From Pachysolen tannophilus NRRL Y-2460 (lineage: Eukaryota), in contig KV454011.1 in assembly GCA_001661245.1 (NCBI GenBank), positions 2,037,271 to 2,101,270 of the forward strand: a DNA stretch of 64,000 nucleotides, in the 5' to 3' direction. Below, piece after piece: positions 33,712 through 45,500 of the stretch; within the stretch, counting starts at the first letter, position 1, and the number at the start of each line of letters is the position of its first letter. Below the pieces are notes generated by a model, which searched no databases, was not told where the DNA came from, and saw only the letters and a program-made list of their open reading frames with translations. The translations under genes were made by a program, and so were the position numbers.

Positions 33712-35802
33712 CTAAAGCTTCCCTAACCTATTTAAGACCTCTTTACTTTTCTGAAAATACTCTCTATTCTCTAAAGGCAGCCTGTGCAACATTTTTTCAA
33801 GAACTTCACTGTACGGAGCCTTCACCTCTTTATTTTGCATCTTGACAATATCAAAATAGTTATTATATATATCTCCATCATATGAACCCAATGCAGAATT
33901 GATAAAAGTGTCAGAAAATTTAAAAGCATCAGTCAACCCAATTACCTGAGTTCTCAAATGTTTATTTAATCTCTTAATTTCAAAGCTCAATTCCGATAAC
34001 TGTTCTGATGATATCACATTAAACTGTAAAAAAATTCCACTGAATTTATCAATATTAGATAGAGCAAACAATTTTGCCAAGTCAACTAGATATGGCTTAA
34101 TATTTCCTTTATCTGAGAGCTTATTAATACGATCAATAAACGCTTCCAACAAATAATAAATGGCGTTTAACTTTGACATGGTTACTTTTTCTGCACCAAA
34201 TAAATCCCAATTATTATTGTTTTCAGGTAATAATTGCACCACATAATCAGCTAACCTAATCAATACAGCTTTATAACAAATCAATAATACTTTTAAATCA
34301 AAATATTGGCCCAATATCACATCTTTTCCAACAAATTGTTTATAATCATTTATAAAAGATAAGTCACCTTCAATTTTCTTACCCTTTTGAGCCTTTATTA
34401 ATGCTTGTGATAAAGCTCTACCAACACTCATCGCCAAAACATTGTTATCACCTTCCCAAGTACACTGGACTACCCAATCGTTATAGGCTTTTCCAAAGCC
34501 AGAATACGAAGAATAACCATGGCCACCACAAGATTGCCGTGCCTCATCAATAAGATTTGCAGTAAACCAAGTACATGCCGATTTCAACATACCTGAAGAA
34601 ATGAAAATATTTTTCAATTTTTCAATTGCTTTCCCAATCTTGGTAAAATCTTCACTTCTGGATGCCAGTTCTAATATTTCAATTGTTAAAACATGTTCCT
34701 TTGTTAATCTTTCAGAACCACATGCCAATGCATAAGTAAAAGCCAACCATGGGATCAATCTCAACTGATGAAGCGGATAATCAATTAACTGTAATTCAGC
34801 ATTATCTTCTGAATTCTTTTCAGCAAATTGTCTTCTACCTACAGCATATCTTAGCGCCACGGTCATAAACCTTTGACTTGTTCTAAAAGACTCTCTCACC
34901 ATTGTGACCCTTCCTGTTAAGAGAGCGCCATATGCTAATTGTGCTAAAGGTGGTTCTATAACCTCTCCATCTTCATCAATTCTTGTGTATTTTGTTAACA
35001 TGTACTCTCTTGGAATAACAACACTCGAAAATTGGATCCAGCCATTATCAATACCATCTCTACCCATCTTTGCACCTATATCTCCTATGGCAACACCTGG
35101 GTTTAAATTATGGTCAGCGTCTCTTAATGGAACAACAAATGTCTTGACACCATGATCTTCATTATTGACTATTAACCTTGCATATACTACGGCATGTGTT
35201 GAAGAGTGCAGAGCACCTCCAATCCACCATTTCGTCGCACCAATATGAGGAGTATTTATAATGAATTGATTTGCATCTTTATCAAAAGTGGCTGTTGTCT
35301 CTAAACCTGCCACATTTGAACCATGTGCTAACTCAGTCATTGCAAAGCAACCATATACATTTTTAAGGAAAACCGCACCAGTATCAAAAGCCCAATATTG
35401 AAATTGTTCATCTGTACCATTACCTTTTAAAGCACTTAAAAATAAACCCAAATGAATTCCAATCCTAGTACCTAATTGTGGGTCTATAATTGTAAGCAAC
35501 CCCAATCTTTTTTGAAACTTGTCATAATCAGGTGCATCTCTCTCCATATACGTCGAAAGTTGAGCAATTTTCCGTGCTGTAACTTCTCTATGTTCTGACT
35601 TATTCAATTCATAATAACTTGAATCAACTTTTAAAATAGGATCTCTTTCAATCTGTTGCATTAATTCTTGAACAATTGCAGCTTCTTCGTATGAACCTTC
35701 CAAGAAAACATTTAAAAGATCAATATCAAAATCTATCAGTGTCCGTTCACTTTGAATTGAATTTGCAGGCCTTGGACCAACTTTGCTTTCTACTTGAGAC
35801 AT
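33712..35802 (-). CDS. POX1: Peroxisomal acyl-CoA oxidase
   Basis: GCFAMTELAHGSNV, KWWIGGA, KMGRDGIDNGWIQF, RQSCGGHGYS, CTWEGDNNV; C-terminal GKL (PTS1-like); ATG 35802. Confidence 0.93.
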   Translation of the reverse strand: MSQVESKVGPRPANSIQSERTLIDFDIDLLNVFLEGSYEEAAIVQELMQQIERDPILKVDSSYYELNKSEHREVTARKIAQLSTYMERDAPDYDKFQKRLGLLTIIDPQLGTRIGIHLGLFLSALKGNGTDEQFQYWAFDTGAVFLKNVYGCFAMTELAHGSNVAGLETTATFDKDANQFIINTPHIGATKWWIGGALHSSTHAVVYARLIVNNEDHGVKTFVVPLRDADHNLNPGVAIGDIGAKMGRDGIDNGWIQFSSVVIPREYMLTKYTRIDEDGEVIEPPLAQLAYGALLTGRVTMVRESFRTSQRFMTVALRYAVGRRQFAEKNSEDNAELQLIDYPLHQLRLIPWLAFTYALACGSERLTKEHVLTIEILELASRSEDFTKIGKAIEKLKNIFISSGMLKSACTWFTANLIDEARQSCGGHGYSSYSGFGKAYNDWVVQCTWEGDNNVLAMSVGRALSQALIKAQKGKKIEGDLSFINDYKQFVGKDVILGQYFDLKVLLICYKAVLIRLADYVVQLLPENNNNWDLFGAEKVTMSKLNAIYYLLEAFIDRINKLSDKGNIKPYLVDLAKLFALSNIDKFSGIFLQFNVISSEQLSELSFEIKRLNKHLRTQVIGLTDAFKFSDTFINSALGSYDGDIYNNYFDIVKMQNKEVKAPYSEVLEKMLHRLPLENREYFQKSKEVLNRLGKL

Positions 35803-36223
35803 CTTTAAATTCAAAAGCAATAACTCATCAATCAATCAATTACTATTAACCAACTTATAAAGTCAAAAAAGCAATATAATTAATATAATTAATATATATA
35901 TATATATATATATGTATATTATGGAAGTAAAATAGAGAAAACCTCACCTCACCTCATCATGGTATGCAAAGAAATAGAAAAAGCGGTTATAAAAAAAAAT
36001 AAAAAAACATCCCGCAGAAAAAGGCGGGGACATTCAAAGTCATCCTGGCGGAAAAATGTGGGAAATGGGCGGGAAATGGGAGGAAGACAGTAGAGTAGAT
36101 TTTTTTCCTCTCCCCTCATCACTCACTCACTGTCTACACTACAGGCAGTCATCATTCTTTTACATTTTTACATTGGTTAATGAATGATATAGCAATTAAA
36201 AGTTTATTCAGATAGCGTATACA

Positions 36224-38032
36224 CTAATTTTCAATTTCTCCAACTAATTGTAAATATTCGTAATAGAAGACAATAGTACTTAGATGGCCTTCGAAATCAA
36301 TTCTTTCGTTTACAGAATGTAAGCCACCAGTTAGACCCAGTTCGAAAGGAGTACTGGTGAACAGTGGGATATACCTGTAGATATTATCTGTTAAATTCCA
36401 ATAATGTTGTGTATCTGTGTTTCCGGTACCTAACGATGGTGTAACGATTACTTCTTTATCGCTGATACCTGATGCTTTAAACAGTATGTCTTCGTAGTAA
36501 TGTCTTAAGGATCCTGCAAAATAATACCAGGCGTTGCTTTCTAAAGATGAAATTTTTGCTGGGTCTAATGATCTAGGAATGGTAAAATTGAAGTATCCGT
36601 TAGTGGTAGGTTTTAAAATTTCTTTTCCTTCATAAATTACCCCTAATTCATAATGTTTACTTATTTTTATGATTCTTTGCAAAAAATGTTCTGCAATATC
36701 AGAGACTTTCTTACCAATCTCTACTCTGTGGTTAACAACAATTTCTACGTGTTCAGGTAAAGCATTTGATTTTGCTCCTCCTTTAACAATATCAACTGCC
36801 TGAGAAGTTCTAAATAAATATCTCAATGAAGGATCTGCATCAATTTGTTTTAATAACTCGATTTGGGAATTTTTATCATTAGAAGAATTCAATATAGCTT
36901 TTTTAAAATTTGGATCTAAATCTTGAGAATGTTCAGCAACGCATTTCAAATACCCATATTTAGGATTATAATCAACCAAAGAATTATTATAAGGATCATT
37001 TTCAATTTCCCGAACAAGTTCAGAAATTATACCAATTGATGTATGATCTGGTGGGATAGAAGAGTGTCCACCAGGAGTGGTTAATGCTAAATAAGCATCA
37101 AAATATCCCTTTTCGCCAGTTGGAACTGCAGCAAAATAAGTACCACCAATTTCTGTTAATCCTTCATCACCTTCATCGATCAACGCATAAAATGAATTTT
37201 CTCCATATTTTTCCAACAAAAATTCACCAATCTTGGCAGCACCATGATTACCTGAAACTTCTTCATCAAATCCAAACGCAATAACAATTTCTCTCTTTGG
37301 TTTGAAGTCTTCTTGAATCAATAACTCAACAGTTTCCAATAATGCAATCACCAAATGCTTGCAATCAATAGCACCTCTTCCAAATATAGACTTACCATCA
37401 AAAAATCCTGAAAAAGGTTCATGGTCCCATTGATCAATTGTCTCTGTTTGAACCGGAACAGTATCCTGGTGAGCAGTAAGTAATATAGGTTTTAAAGAAG
37501 AATCTGAACCTTCCCAAGTATAAACCAACCCATAAGTATTTACTTTCTCAATTTTTAAATTTTGATAAACCAATGGAAAAGTTTCTTCTAAGAAATCATG
37601 AAATTTTTTAAATTTCAGCCAATATTCAGGATTTAAAGAAACTTCTGGTGGATCATCATATACCTCAGTAGGAGCTTGAATTGCTCCAGACAATTTCTTA
37701 ATAGAGCCTTGTTTAAAAGACTCATCATGCAAAATATAATCTATCTTGGATTGATTTAATTCCCAATTCAATGGTTTCTTCTTCTCATAAATTGGGCATT
37801 TGAAACTATCGAAATCATCATTAAATTCAAGTAATTTATTAATTTCCAGAGACTTGTAAATACAAATAGAGACTTGAATGAGTGCAATTGTGGCAATTGC
37901 TAGTAACAACTTCTTAAATCTACTATTTTTCTTATCTTTGAAATTATTAGTACCGTCTTCAAACTCAATTGAAAGAGATTTTTCATCAACCTCCTTGTTT
38001 TCACAATTATCAGATAAATATATTGAACCCAT
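36224..38032 (-). CDS. CPS1: Vacuolar Gly-X carboxypeptidase (M20)
   Basis: Type II TM; LLTAHQDTVPV, GRGAIDCK, FGFDEE, TPGGHSSIPP, GNTDT, HSVNE; ATG 38032. Confidence 0.88.
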   Translation of the reverse strand: MGSIYLSDNCENKEVDEKSLSIEFEDGTNNFKDKKNSRFKKLLLAIATIALIQVSICIYKSLEINKLLEFNDDFDSFKCPIYEKKKPLNWELNQSKIDYILHDESFKQGSIKKLSGAIQAPTEVYDDPPEVSLNPEYWLKFKKFHDFLEETFPLVYQNLKIEKVNTYGLVYTWEGSDSSLKPILLTAHQDTVPVQTETIDQWDHEPFSGFFDGKSIFGRGAIDCKHLVIALLETVELLIQEDFKPKREIVIAFGFDEEVSGNHGAAKIGEFLLEKYGENSFYALIDEGDEGLTEIGGTYFAAVPTGEKGYFDAYLALTTPGGHSSIPPDHTSIGIISELVREIENDPYNNSLVDYNPKYGYLKCVAEHSQDLDPNFKKAILNSSNDKNSQIELLKQIDADPSLRYLFRTSQAVDIVKGGAKSNALPEHVEIVVNHRVEIGKKVSDIAEHFLQRIIKISKHYELGVIYEGKEILKPTTNGYFNFTIPRSLDPAKISSLESNAWYYFAGSLRHYYEDILFKASGISDKEVIVTPSLGTGNTDTQHYWNLTDNIYRYIPLFTSTPFELGLTGGLHSVNERIDFEGHLSTIVFYYEYLQLVGEIEN

Positions 38033-38880
38033 CTTTCTTAATTGTTGTATATTACCAAGATATATTGAAACTTCCAAAATTTTAATCTTTCAAATATTCA
38101 CCATTCCAACTTCTTAAATACTTGGTTGCCCAAAAACTTGCAACTCGCAAAAATTCACACAGTTTTAATTTCGGTTAAAAAATCCCATATATTTTCTCAT
38201 GCATAGAGCCGCATTATCAAGCGGTATCAAAGTACAACAGGGTACTAAAGAATTAAAGAAATGAAGTTTCTTTGGGTATTGGACCAATTGAGAGTGTTGC
38301 CCATCTTATTTGAATATTAGGTACTTTGATCTATCAACCGACCTGATGCATTAAAGTTTCGTCTATGAAGATGACCTATTGACTTAATCTTTGCCTACAC
38401 ACTACTTGACAACCTATTTTTTGCAATGAAGTTAACCGAAATTTATCCAATTATCAACAACTATGAACTGCTACATCCAGTTGTTGGTCGATATCATTAA
38501 TAAAATCAAATCTCTAGATGCTGTTAAATATAGTGGTGAAATAATTTTAATCAATTGTTCACAATTTAAATTTTCAATTAAATTCGGTAATTTTTTGTGT
38601 TTGTCATTTGATTTGAGCCTTGGTACATAACAGTTTTCGGTCTCACCGCACATACTGACTGTATATGTTTTGTTTAAAATTGTTTTCTCAATTGTCTATG
38701 TATGATCTTGGCATTATAATTATACTTATAACTACTAATTGTTTCATCTTTCTTCTAGAAACTTTTAATTTTAAATTTTGAAAACTACGTAAAAAGGAAA
38801 ATAAAAAAAACTTTTAATATAAAATGTATAATAATAATAATAATAATTTTTCAGCAATAATATGATGATATCAATGCTAG

Positions 38881-41066
38881 TTATCCTTGATTTTCAAACA
38901 ATTCTATGAAATCAATGTTTCTATCTGTAACACTGAAAACCCTTTCTGAGTTACTAAACTCACCAGCGATAACACTTTTGACATAGAGGCAACTATTTGG
39001 TTCTATAAAATTTTTTTTTAAATAAATTAAAAGATCAGGAAGAAATTCACCATACCATCGACTATTCCAAGATATATATTTAATTAATAATTTTAAGAAA
39101 AAAATATCATCCATCATTTTTTGGAAAAAAAAATCTCCTTTTTTAAAATAATTGATATTTTGATGCAACAGTTTAAACTTGAAAGAATTTTTAAAAAAAT
39201 CGTATAATTCTAATAATTTTAAAGCACCAAATGGATTAAATTTAGCATTTACTGAAGTTTTCAAAGCTGCAATTCCGCTTTCAAAATGATGACATCTAAT
39301 TGATGCCAATCCAATCAATAGCCATTCTAGTGCACTATGCTTTATAACATTACTTGCCCTTTCGCTTTCCCACATTAATACAACTCTTAAATCGTCATAT
39401 AATATTAAAAATAAATGATCCAACCATCTTTCACATAACCTTTTTTTTTAAATTTATCCATATTCGAAATGTGATTACTATCAATCAAATTATCACCATC
39501 TTCTGTCTCCCCTACTTCATTGTTGCCATTGCTGTTTATAGTATCTTTTATTTCGTCTTCCATTACGAAAACATTTGATCTTAATTTTAATAAATTATCC
39601 CACCCTATACTTCTTGTTAAATTTGCCAATAAATCATATGCACTTTGAAAAGTACCCGATAATCTAGTACTATTGAAAATTTTAAGTAATAATGGATCTA
39701 CAGCAGCTCTTTCCAGTGGAGAAACAATATCAATTGGTGTTGCATTACCATAAATTGGTCCATAATATTCAGCAGCTTCCCAAATCTCATCAATACATCC
39801 TTCAAATGGTTGTTTTAAATTTAATTCATCTCTAGCATTAAATCTCAAATAGTCACGTGGTCTAGGCGAATACATTGGTAAGGAATTTAATATGGATAAT
39901 GATTGTTCAAAATTATTAAGAATCAAATGAATTTCTACCAAGGTTTTCCAACATTCATACTCTGTAGGAGCGGCATCAACTGCTTTCTTTGCCGATATTA
40001 TTGCCAAATCAGGTCTATCTTTTTCTATAAGGTATTTTGCTTGTTCTAATAATAATAATGCATCTCTTGGATCATTTTTAATTCCCTCATACATTCTCTT
40101 AACAGCTTCTATTTCATTATCACTTAATAATAACATCTTAATTACAATTAACAAAAAAGGACTATTTCCATTTGGTAATTGTACGAATTGTGGTTGTTTT
40201 TCATAAACATGATTGTTAATATCTTTTTTGTTATTTATATACAATTCTTCAATATATTGAATTGCAAAATCGTACAAATTTGTCAATTGAACTAATTTCA
40301 ATAATGAATCAATTAAATGATTTTGTTGTATTGTCGGCAGTAATACTGTATCTTTGCATCCAGTTAAATTACCTTTTGGTAATAATTCTATCATTGCTCT
40401 AACTGCCAGTCTTGCAGTAAAACGTGATTGAACTGGATTAAACTTACACATTCCGGGCAATTGCCTATTAAGATCATCACTTATTAGCATTGACCTTATC
40501 AATGAACTGACATATGTTTCAAGCCATATTTCATCCGTTATATTGCCATCGGTTAAAGAAATCTTGTTCGAATCTGCAAATACAAAAGAAACTGTTATAC
40601 TTCCTGGGAACTCTGCTCTTATTCTTAAATCACCTTTACTAAAGCAATTCCAACTACAATATGTGGCAATCTTTGGATGTTTATTTGTTGCCTTAATCAT
40701 ATGACTGGCGCTATTATTTAATGTAGTACTACTACCATTTAGATTTTCCGAATTCATTTGAACTATTAATAAGTATGCAATTACAGCATCTGTAGATGAA
40801 ACATCTAGCCCTATAACATAATGATATTGACCTATATCCTTAGCAAGCGACTTCTGATGCTTTGAAATATGGACCAAGTCCACAGGTCCAACATCTTTGA
40901 AATTCGGTAAAAACCGTGTTCTAATATCTAAACTTTCTCCGAATTCACTTTCTAAAATATGTGGAACAATAAGGTCAGGAATCTCAATATTAGACGCAAT
41001 ATTTGGATACGACGGTGTATTATTTATATACGGTATTGATATTGAAGACTTGATACTTTCACTCAT
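38881..41066 (-). CDS. ChAPs family exomer cargo adaptor (Bch1/Bud7/Chs6-like), split by a 1-nt frameshift near 39445
   Basis: GPVDLVH, IWLETYVSS, TPR region, GWDNLLKLRSNVFVME; conserved KRLCERWLD..LF..LYDDLR appears in the -1 frame after an A9 run. Confidence 0.85.
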
Positions 41067-41447
41067 TTAATCGTATATATATGTATATTTATATATATAT
41101 ATATATATTCTCTCATATGGTTGTATGTACCCTTGATTACTTACTTCTTCTCTATGGATAAATAATTCCTTTTTCTTTCCCTCTTGACCTAAATAATAAC
41201 TTTACTCTATAATATACTATTGCTATCAAGAATTGCAACAAAGAAAAAAAAAATTTCCCAAATTCACAATACACAGCTACAACTAAACTCAACTTGTTAA
41301 TTTATTCATTAACAGCTATACCTCTTTTCCAATCATATTTCGTACCGTTCCACATTGAAAAAATTAAAAAAAATTAAAAGAGAGAAATTTAGCTCAAGTA
41401 AAAAAGGTCGTGTAGATTTCGAATAAATGGGTATCCCTTTTTTTTGT

Positions 41448-42893
41448 TCAACACCCCTTTTCGGCGGCGGCAGCGGTTAGTCCAGCGGTAGCTAGTCCAG
41501 CGGTAGCTAGTCCAGCTGTGGTTAGTCCAGCTGTGTCGAGTATCCATTTTTCGAAAACCAGTAATTCCCAACGGATAGAGTTAAAGTATTCAAGGGTTAG
41601 GTTTTCTGATGTTTTCGTATCTAGGAGGTTGGATTTAGAGTTTGAGGAGATTTCAACAAAGCTTTCGGCGGTATTCCCAGTGTAGGTGTTTCCAGTGTTG
41701 GTGTTTCCAGTGTTGGCATTCCCGGTATTGACTATTTCAAAAGATTTTGCACTATTGATATTTGAATACTTGCTAGCACTATTAATGTTAATATCTAACG
41801 AGTTCAACAACTCTAGTTCTGCTGTTATGGATTCGTTTTTCTCTAAAGAGACTTTTAAGTTTTTGTTTAGTTTTTCATTTTTCAGTCTTAAACTTTTGAT
41901 ACTTGATTTTAATTTATTATTTTCTTCTTCAATTATGGAGTTAAATTCCTTCAATTCTTCAATTTCAAATTTATTTTTATTTCTAAAGAATTAAAAAAGT
42001 TAGTAATTTTTTTTTTTTTTGGTTTTTTTTTGGTTTTTTGGTTCTTGATTAACTTAACTTACATGATATCTAAGAATTTTCTATTTGAAGTTTCGTTATT
42101 TTCTCCAGAGCTTGTTGGCAGGTCATTTGATATAGAAAAAGCATTTTTGTCTTCAACAGAAAAACATGATTTATTCTTTTGGTCTCTTAATAGATGCTGA
42201 TGTAATAATTTATTTTCATTTTCGTCTTCCAAGAAAGAAATCAAATTAATACAAAAAGTTGAATATTCACAATGTATGGCAACTTCAATAAATAAGCGAC
42301 ATAACCAATAAAGTTGTGTAATCATCAGTTGAAATTCAAGAGATTCATCTTTTTTCTCATTATTAAAGTTTTGACAAAAATCTATTGGATTTGTTAGATC
42401 AACTTGTAAATTTTTCAAGTCAATTTTTTGTTCCAGGAAAAAATTATGAATTTTCAAAAGTTTTTTATAATTTAAATTTTTAATTATAAAAGTTGGTAAA
42501 TTACTTGAAGTATATTTCTCATAATCTTCATTGATTAAATTTATAAAAATTTGGAAAATGTTTGTATAATAACCTTCAGAATATATATATTCATCTTTAT
42601 AAATAGTTGGAGAAAGAACAGGTATATTTTGATTTATAATAACAAGTAAAATCTCATTGATTACAGAAGGAACAAAAAATTTAAAAGAACGTAATTTATC
42701 TTGCAATGAAATATTCAAAGTAGGGAAATGAGACAACTTAAGGTATAAGTTAGTATTTTAATTAACATCATTTTTTTGTAAAGTATAAAAATCTTACCCA
42801 TGTAATTGTTCCATTAATTAAGGTAATTTTCTCTTCAGTTGAAACATGACTTGAATATTCAATGCTATCAATATTGTTAGAAATCCCAGGCAT
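41448..42893 (-). CDS. Three-exon coiled-coil protein, possibly a divergent Hook-domain protein (exons 42893-42798, 42736-42063, 41982-41448)
   Basis: Intron 1 GTAAGA/TACTAAC/AAG (phase 0) and intron 2 GTAAGT/TACTAAC/TAG (phase 2) join the listed ORFs 42059-42736 and 41448-41954 with an upstream 32-codon exon in frame. Confidence 0.75.
41472..41536. repeat. 15-bp coding tandem repeat, about 4 copies (TAGL[T/A])
   Basis: tagtccagc(g/t)gt.. units; a second 15-bp array (GNTNT-like) lies at 41671-41729. Confidence 0.85.
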
Positions 42894-43938
42894 TTTTCCT
42901 ATAGTTTAAATTTTTACTCTTCACTGAACAAACAACTATAAAATCATAGAAAAAAAAATAAAAAATAAAGCTGATACTGTACTGTTTTTAAAAAAAACTA
43001 GTTCTTTTTGTGGCTAATAAGATACAGGCTATCAGCAATACCACTGAATTTTTTTTTGTTTCTTTCTTTCTTTCCTTCTTCATTTTGGGAATAAAATGCT
43101 ATTTGTGGATTAATAACCCACTATAGGAAGTTTGATGGCCACAACAGGATAATTTAGTTAGTTGTATTGTTTGTAATTGTCCTAGTCATGATACTTTTTT
43201 CAAAAAGTGTTTATAAAGCTGCACAATAATGCATAGAAGACGTATTACACACATATGACCTTAAGAGGACATGTTTAAAATTATTTATTATCTAATTCTC
43301 TTAATTTAGATTACTTCTCCTTTATGCAATCGACAAGTGGGAAAGAGACAGAAAGAGAGAGGCTAATTTATTAATTGTTATATTTGGTAATGGAAAACAC
43401 ATTTACTGATCTTTTATTTTTTTCCCTTAAATGTTAAGTACCATTTCTTAAACTTATAGGAGATGACCATCGCTGCAGGGCAGAAAGTATCGGAGGGTGA
43501 CAATAACAGCAAATACAACAGATGATACATAATATATGATGAAGAAGCAAACTCCTCTTTTCAATTGCGACAATAGTAGATACTTATATAAGATAACTTC
43601 TCTATAAATATATATATTTTTTTTACGGACGGATTCATTCATATTGACTCTGAAAAGCTTATTTTGAACTTTCATCTTTAATACCGATAGGTTTATAATT
43701 ACGGTATTAATAGTGGCCGTGCATAAAATAGCAAGCCAATTTAACTAAATTAGTTGTAACTAATATATAACACCACATAAATAAGAATTATTAATTTACT
43801 TATTTGATAATTTAGTTAAATTGATTTAAAAGTCCTATTTTTCTTTTCTTTTATTTCATTTTAATCCATCAATTAATTAGTAAAAAGAAAGAAGAAAACT
43901 TATTAATTCAGAGTCCGCTTTTAACCATTTTGCTTACA

Positions 43939-44772
43939 ATGACTAGAGAATCACAGTTTTACTTTAGACAAGTTAGTTCCATCTTGTCATTTCTGTTAGC
44001 AGTTTATGGAAATTTCCGTTTTTACTTGCTTAATTCACACTATGGTCATAAATATGATACTCCGTTTACAAGTTTGTTCGTAGTTAATGTTGTATTCTGG
44101 GTAATTCAATATTTATTACAATTGGTATTTGTCTTGCAATATTTTACCAAGAATGAGACAACTTCTGCACAGGATCAACAGAAAATTGATAATATTGTTG
44201 GACATCATTTTGTAACCAATAATTTATTGAATTTCTTTTGGTTTTGGTTATTTAAAAAGCACCATTTCATACTCTCGGAACTTTTATTGATTGCAAATTT
44301 CTTGAATTTACTTGGGTTGTACATTATTCACAAGACATATAGTATTAAAAATGTTTCAAATTGGATCTCTGTTCATTTGTCAACTGCATCTATACCTTTA
44401 GCATGGACAATCTATGCACTTTTCTGGAATGGTGCTATTGTTTTCCACTCAAATGGTAAACATATCAGTTTAGTATTGAGGATCTTGGCCAATGTATTTA
44501 TTTGGGATTTTTTGTTGGTGCCTTTGGCCTTTTTAGCATTATATAATGACTACGGATTTGGATTTGCTACATCTTTATTAATGTTAGGTGTTACAATTGA
44601 CCAATTTTTTACCAAAATCATTTCTTTACAGTGGATTTTTGCAGCAATAATTTGTCTGGTAGTCTTCCTTGCTTCGGCTTTGGGTGCCTCTGGTCAAGTA
44701 TTTGTTAAACGCTCAGGTACTCTAGCTAATGCTACTGACAGAGAACAAGCTCCGTTATTAAGTGGCAATTAA
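43939..44772 (+). CDS. Fungal multi-pass membrane protein (DUF1774-like)
   Basis: About 7-8 hydrophobic segments; VGHHFVTNNLL, PLAWTIYALFWNGAI; C-terminal EQAPLL dileucine motif. Confidence 0.65.
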   Translation: MTRESQFYFRQVSSILSFLLAVYGNFRFYLLNSHYGHKYDTPFTSLFVVNVVFWVIQYLLQLVFVLQYFTKNETTSAQDQQKIDNIVGHHFVTNNLLNFFWFWLFKKHHFILSELLLIANFLNLLGLYIIHKTYSIKNVSNWISVHLSTASIPLAWTIYALFWNGAIVFHSNGKHISLVLRILANVFIWDFLLVPLAFLALYNDYGFGFATSLLMLGVTIDQFFTKIISLQWIFAAIICLVVFLASALGASGQVFVKRSGTLANATDREQAPLLSGN

Positions 44773-44966
44773 AAAAAAAAAAAAATCAACAAAAGAAAAA
44801 TTAATAGTCTTACTTTTTTACTATTTTTATATGAATCTTTTTATTTAAATTATTTAATACACTCGAGTAATTACACTAAAATAACCTTAAAAATTGCACC
44901 CTTGAATAAATTAATAAACCATAACCCTATAGAAATTTCAATATCTAACCTATTATATATATGTTC

Positions 44967-45313
44967 CTATGGTTTCTGTTGTTTCTGTCCTTGAACTGGC
45001 TGAACCATTTTTTCAATCATTGACATCCTTGTTAGTAATTGAGGTTTATTCAACACTATACTCAAATGATGTAGTTCTGGATTATGCATTACCATATTAG
45101 CATAAGTATCCCTATATACATTATCCATCCATTCTTCTCTGGTTGTATCGGTATTCCCCAATCCAATATATTTAGTCTTTAAGTTTTCATACAACTGTTG
45201 TTCCCTTACTTTATCAGCCTACAAAAAAAAAAAAAAGTTGTTAGTAACAAAAATTTATTCATTAAAAAGAAAGAAAAAGAGCATCAGCTCAATTTGAATC
45301 TATCACTCACCAT
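44967..45313 (-). CDS. YSF3: SF3b complex subunit 5 (SF3b10); exon 1 is the ATG only
   Basis: ATG, intron 45310-45219 (GTGAGT, TACTAAC, TAG), then ADKVREQQLYENLKTKYIGLGNTDTTREEW..YRDTY. Confidence 0.85.
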
Positions 45314-45500
45314 TCGTTCAGTTATTTAGATTGAATCGTTTTTAGTTGTACTTTATTTAATTGTTAATTTTGTAAAATTTTTTAACTTTTTCAGTGATTT
45401 GAACATAAATAAAAATATTTCAAAAAATTGTTTGTTAGTATTTCAATTACTTTAATTATTTCCCCAATTATTCGATATTAGCTTTTAGCTTCGGAGAAAT

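Noticed and set aside
41472..41729. Tandem repeats as a CRISPR-like or mobile element
   Set aside because: No spacers; they are in-frame 15-bp coding minisatellites in a eukaryotic gene
43537..43653. Possible C/D snoRNA (ATGATGA...CTGA)
   Set aside because: No terminal stem or rRNA-complementary guide recognised; such motifs are expected by chance in AT-rich DNA
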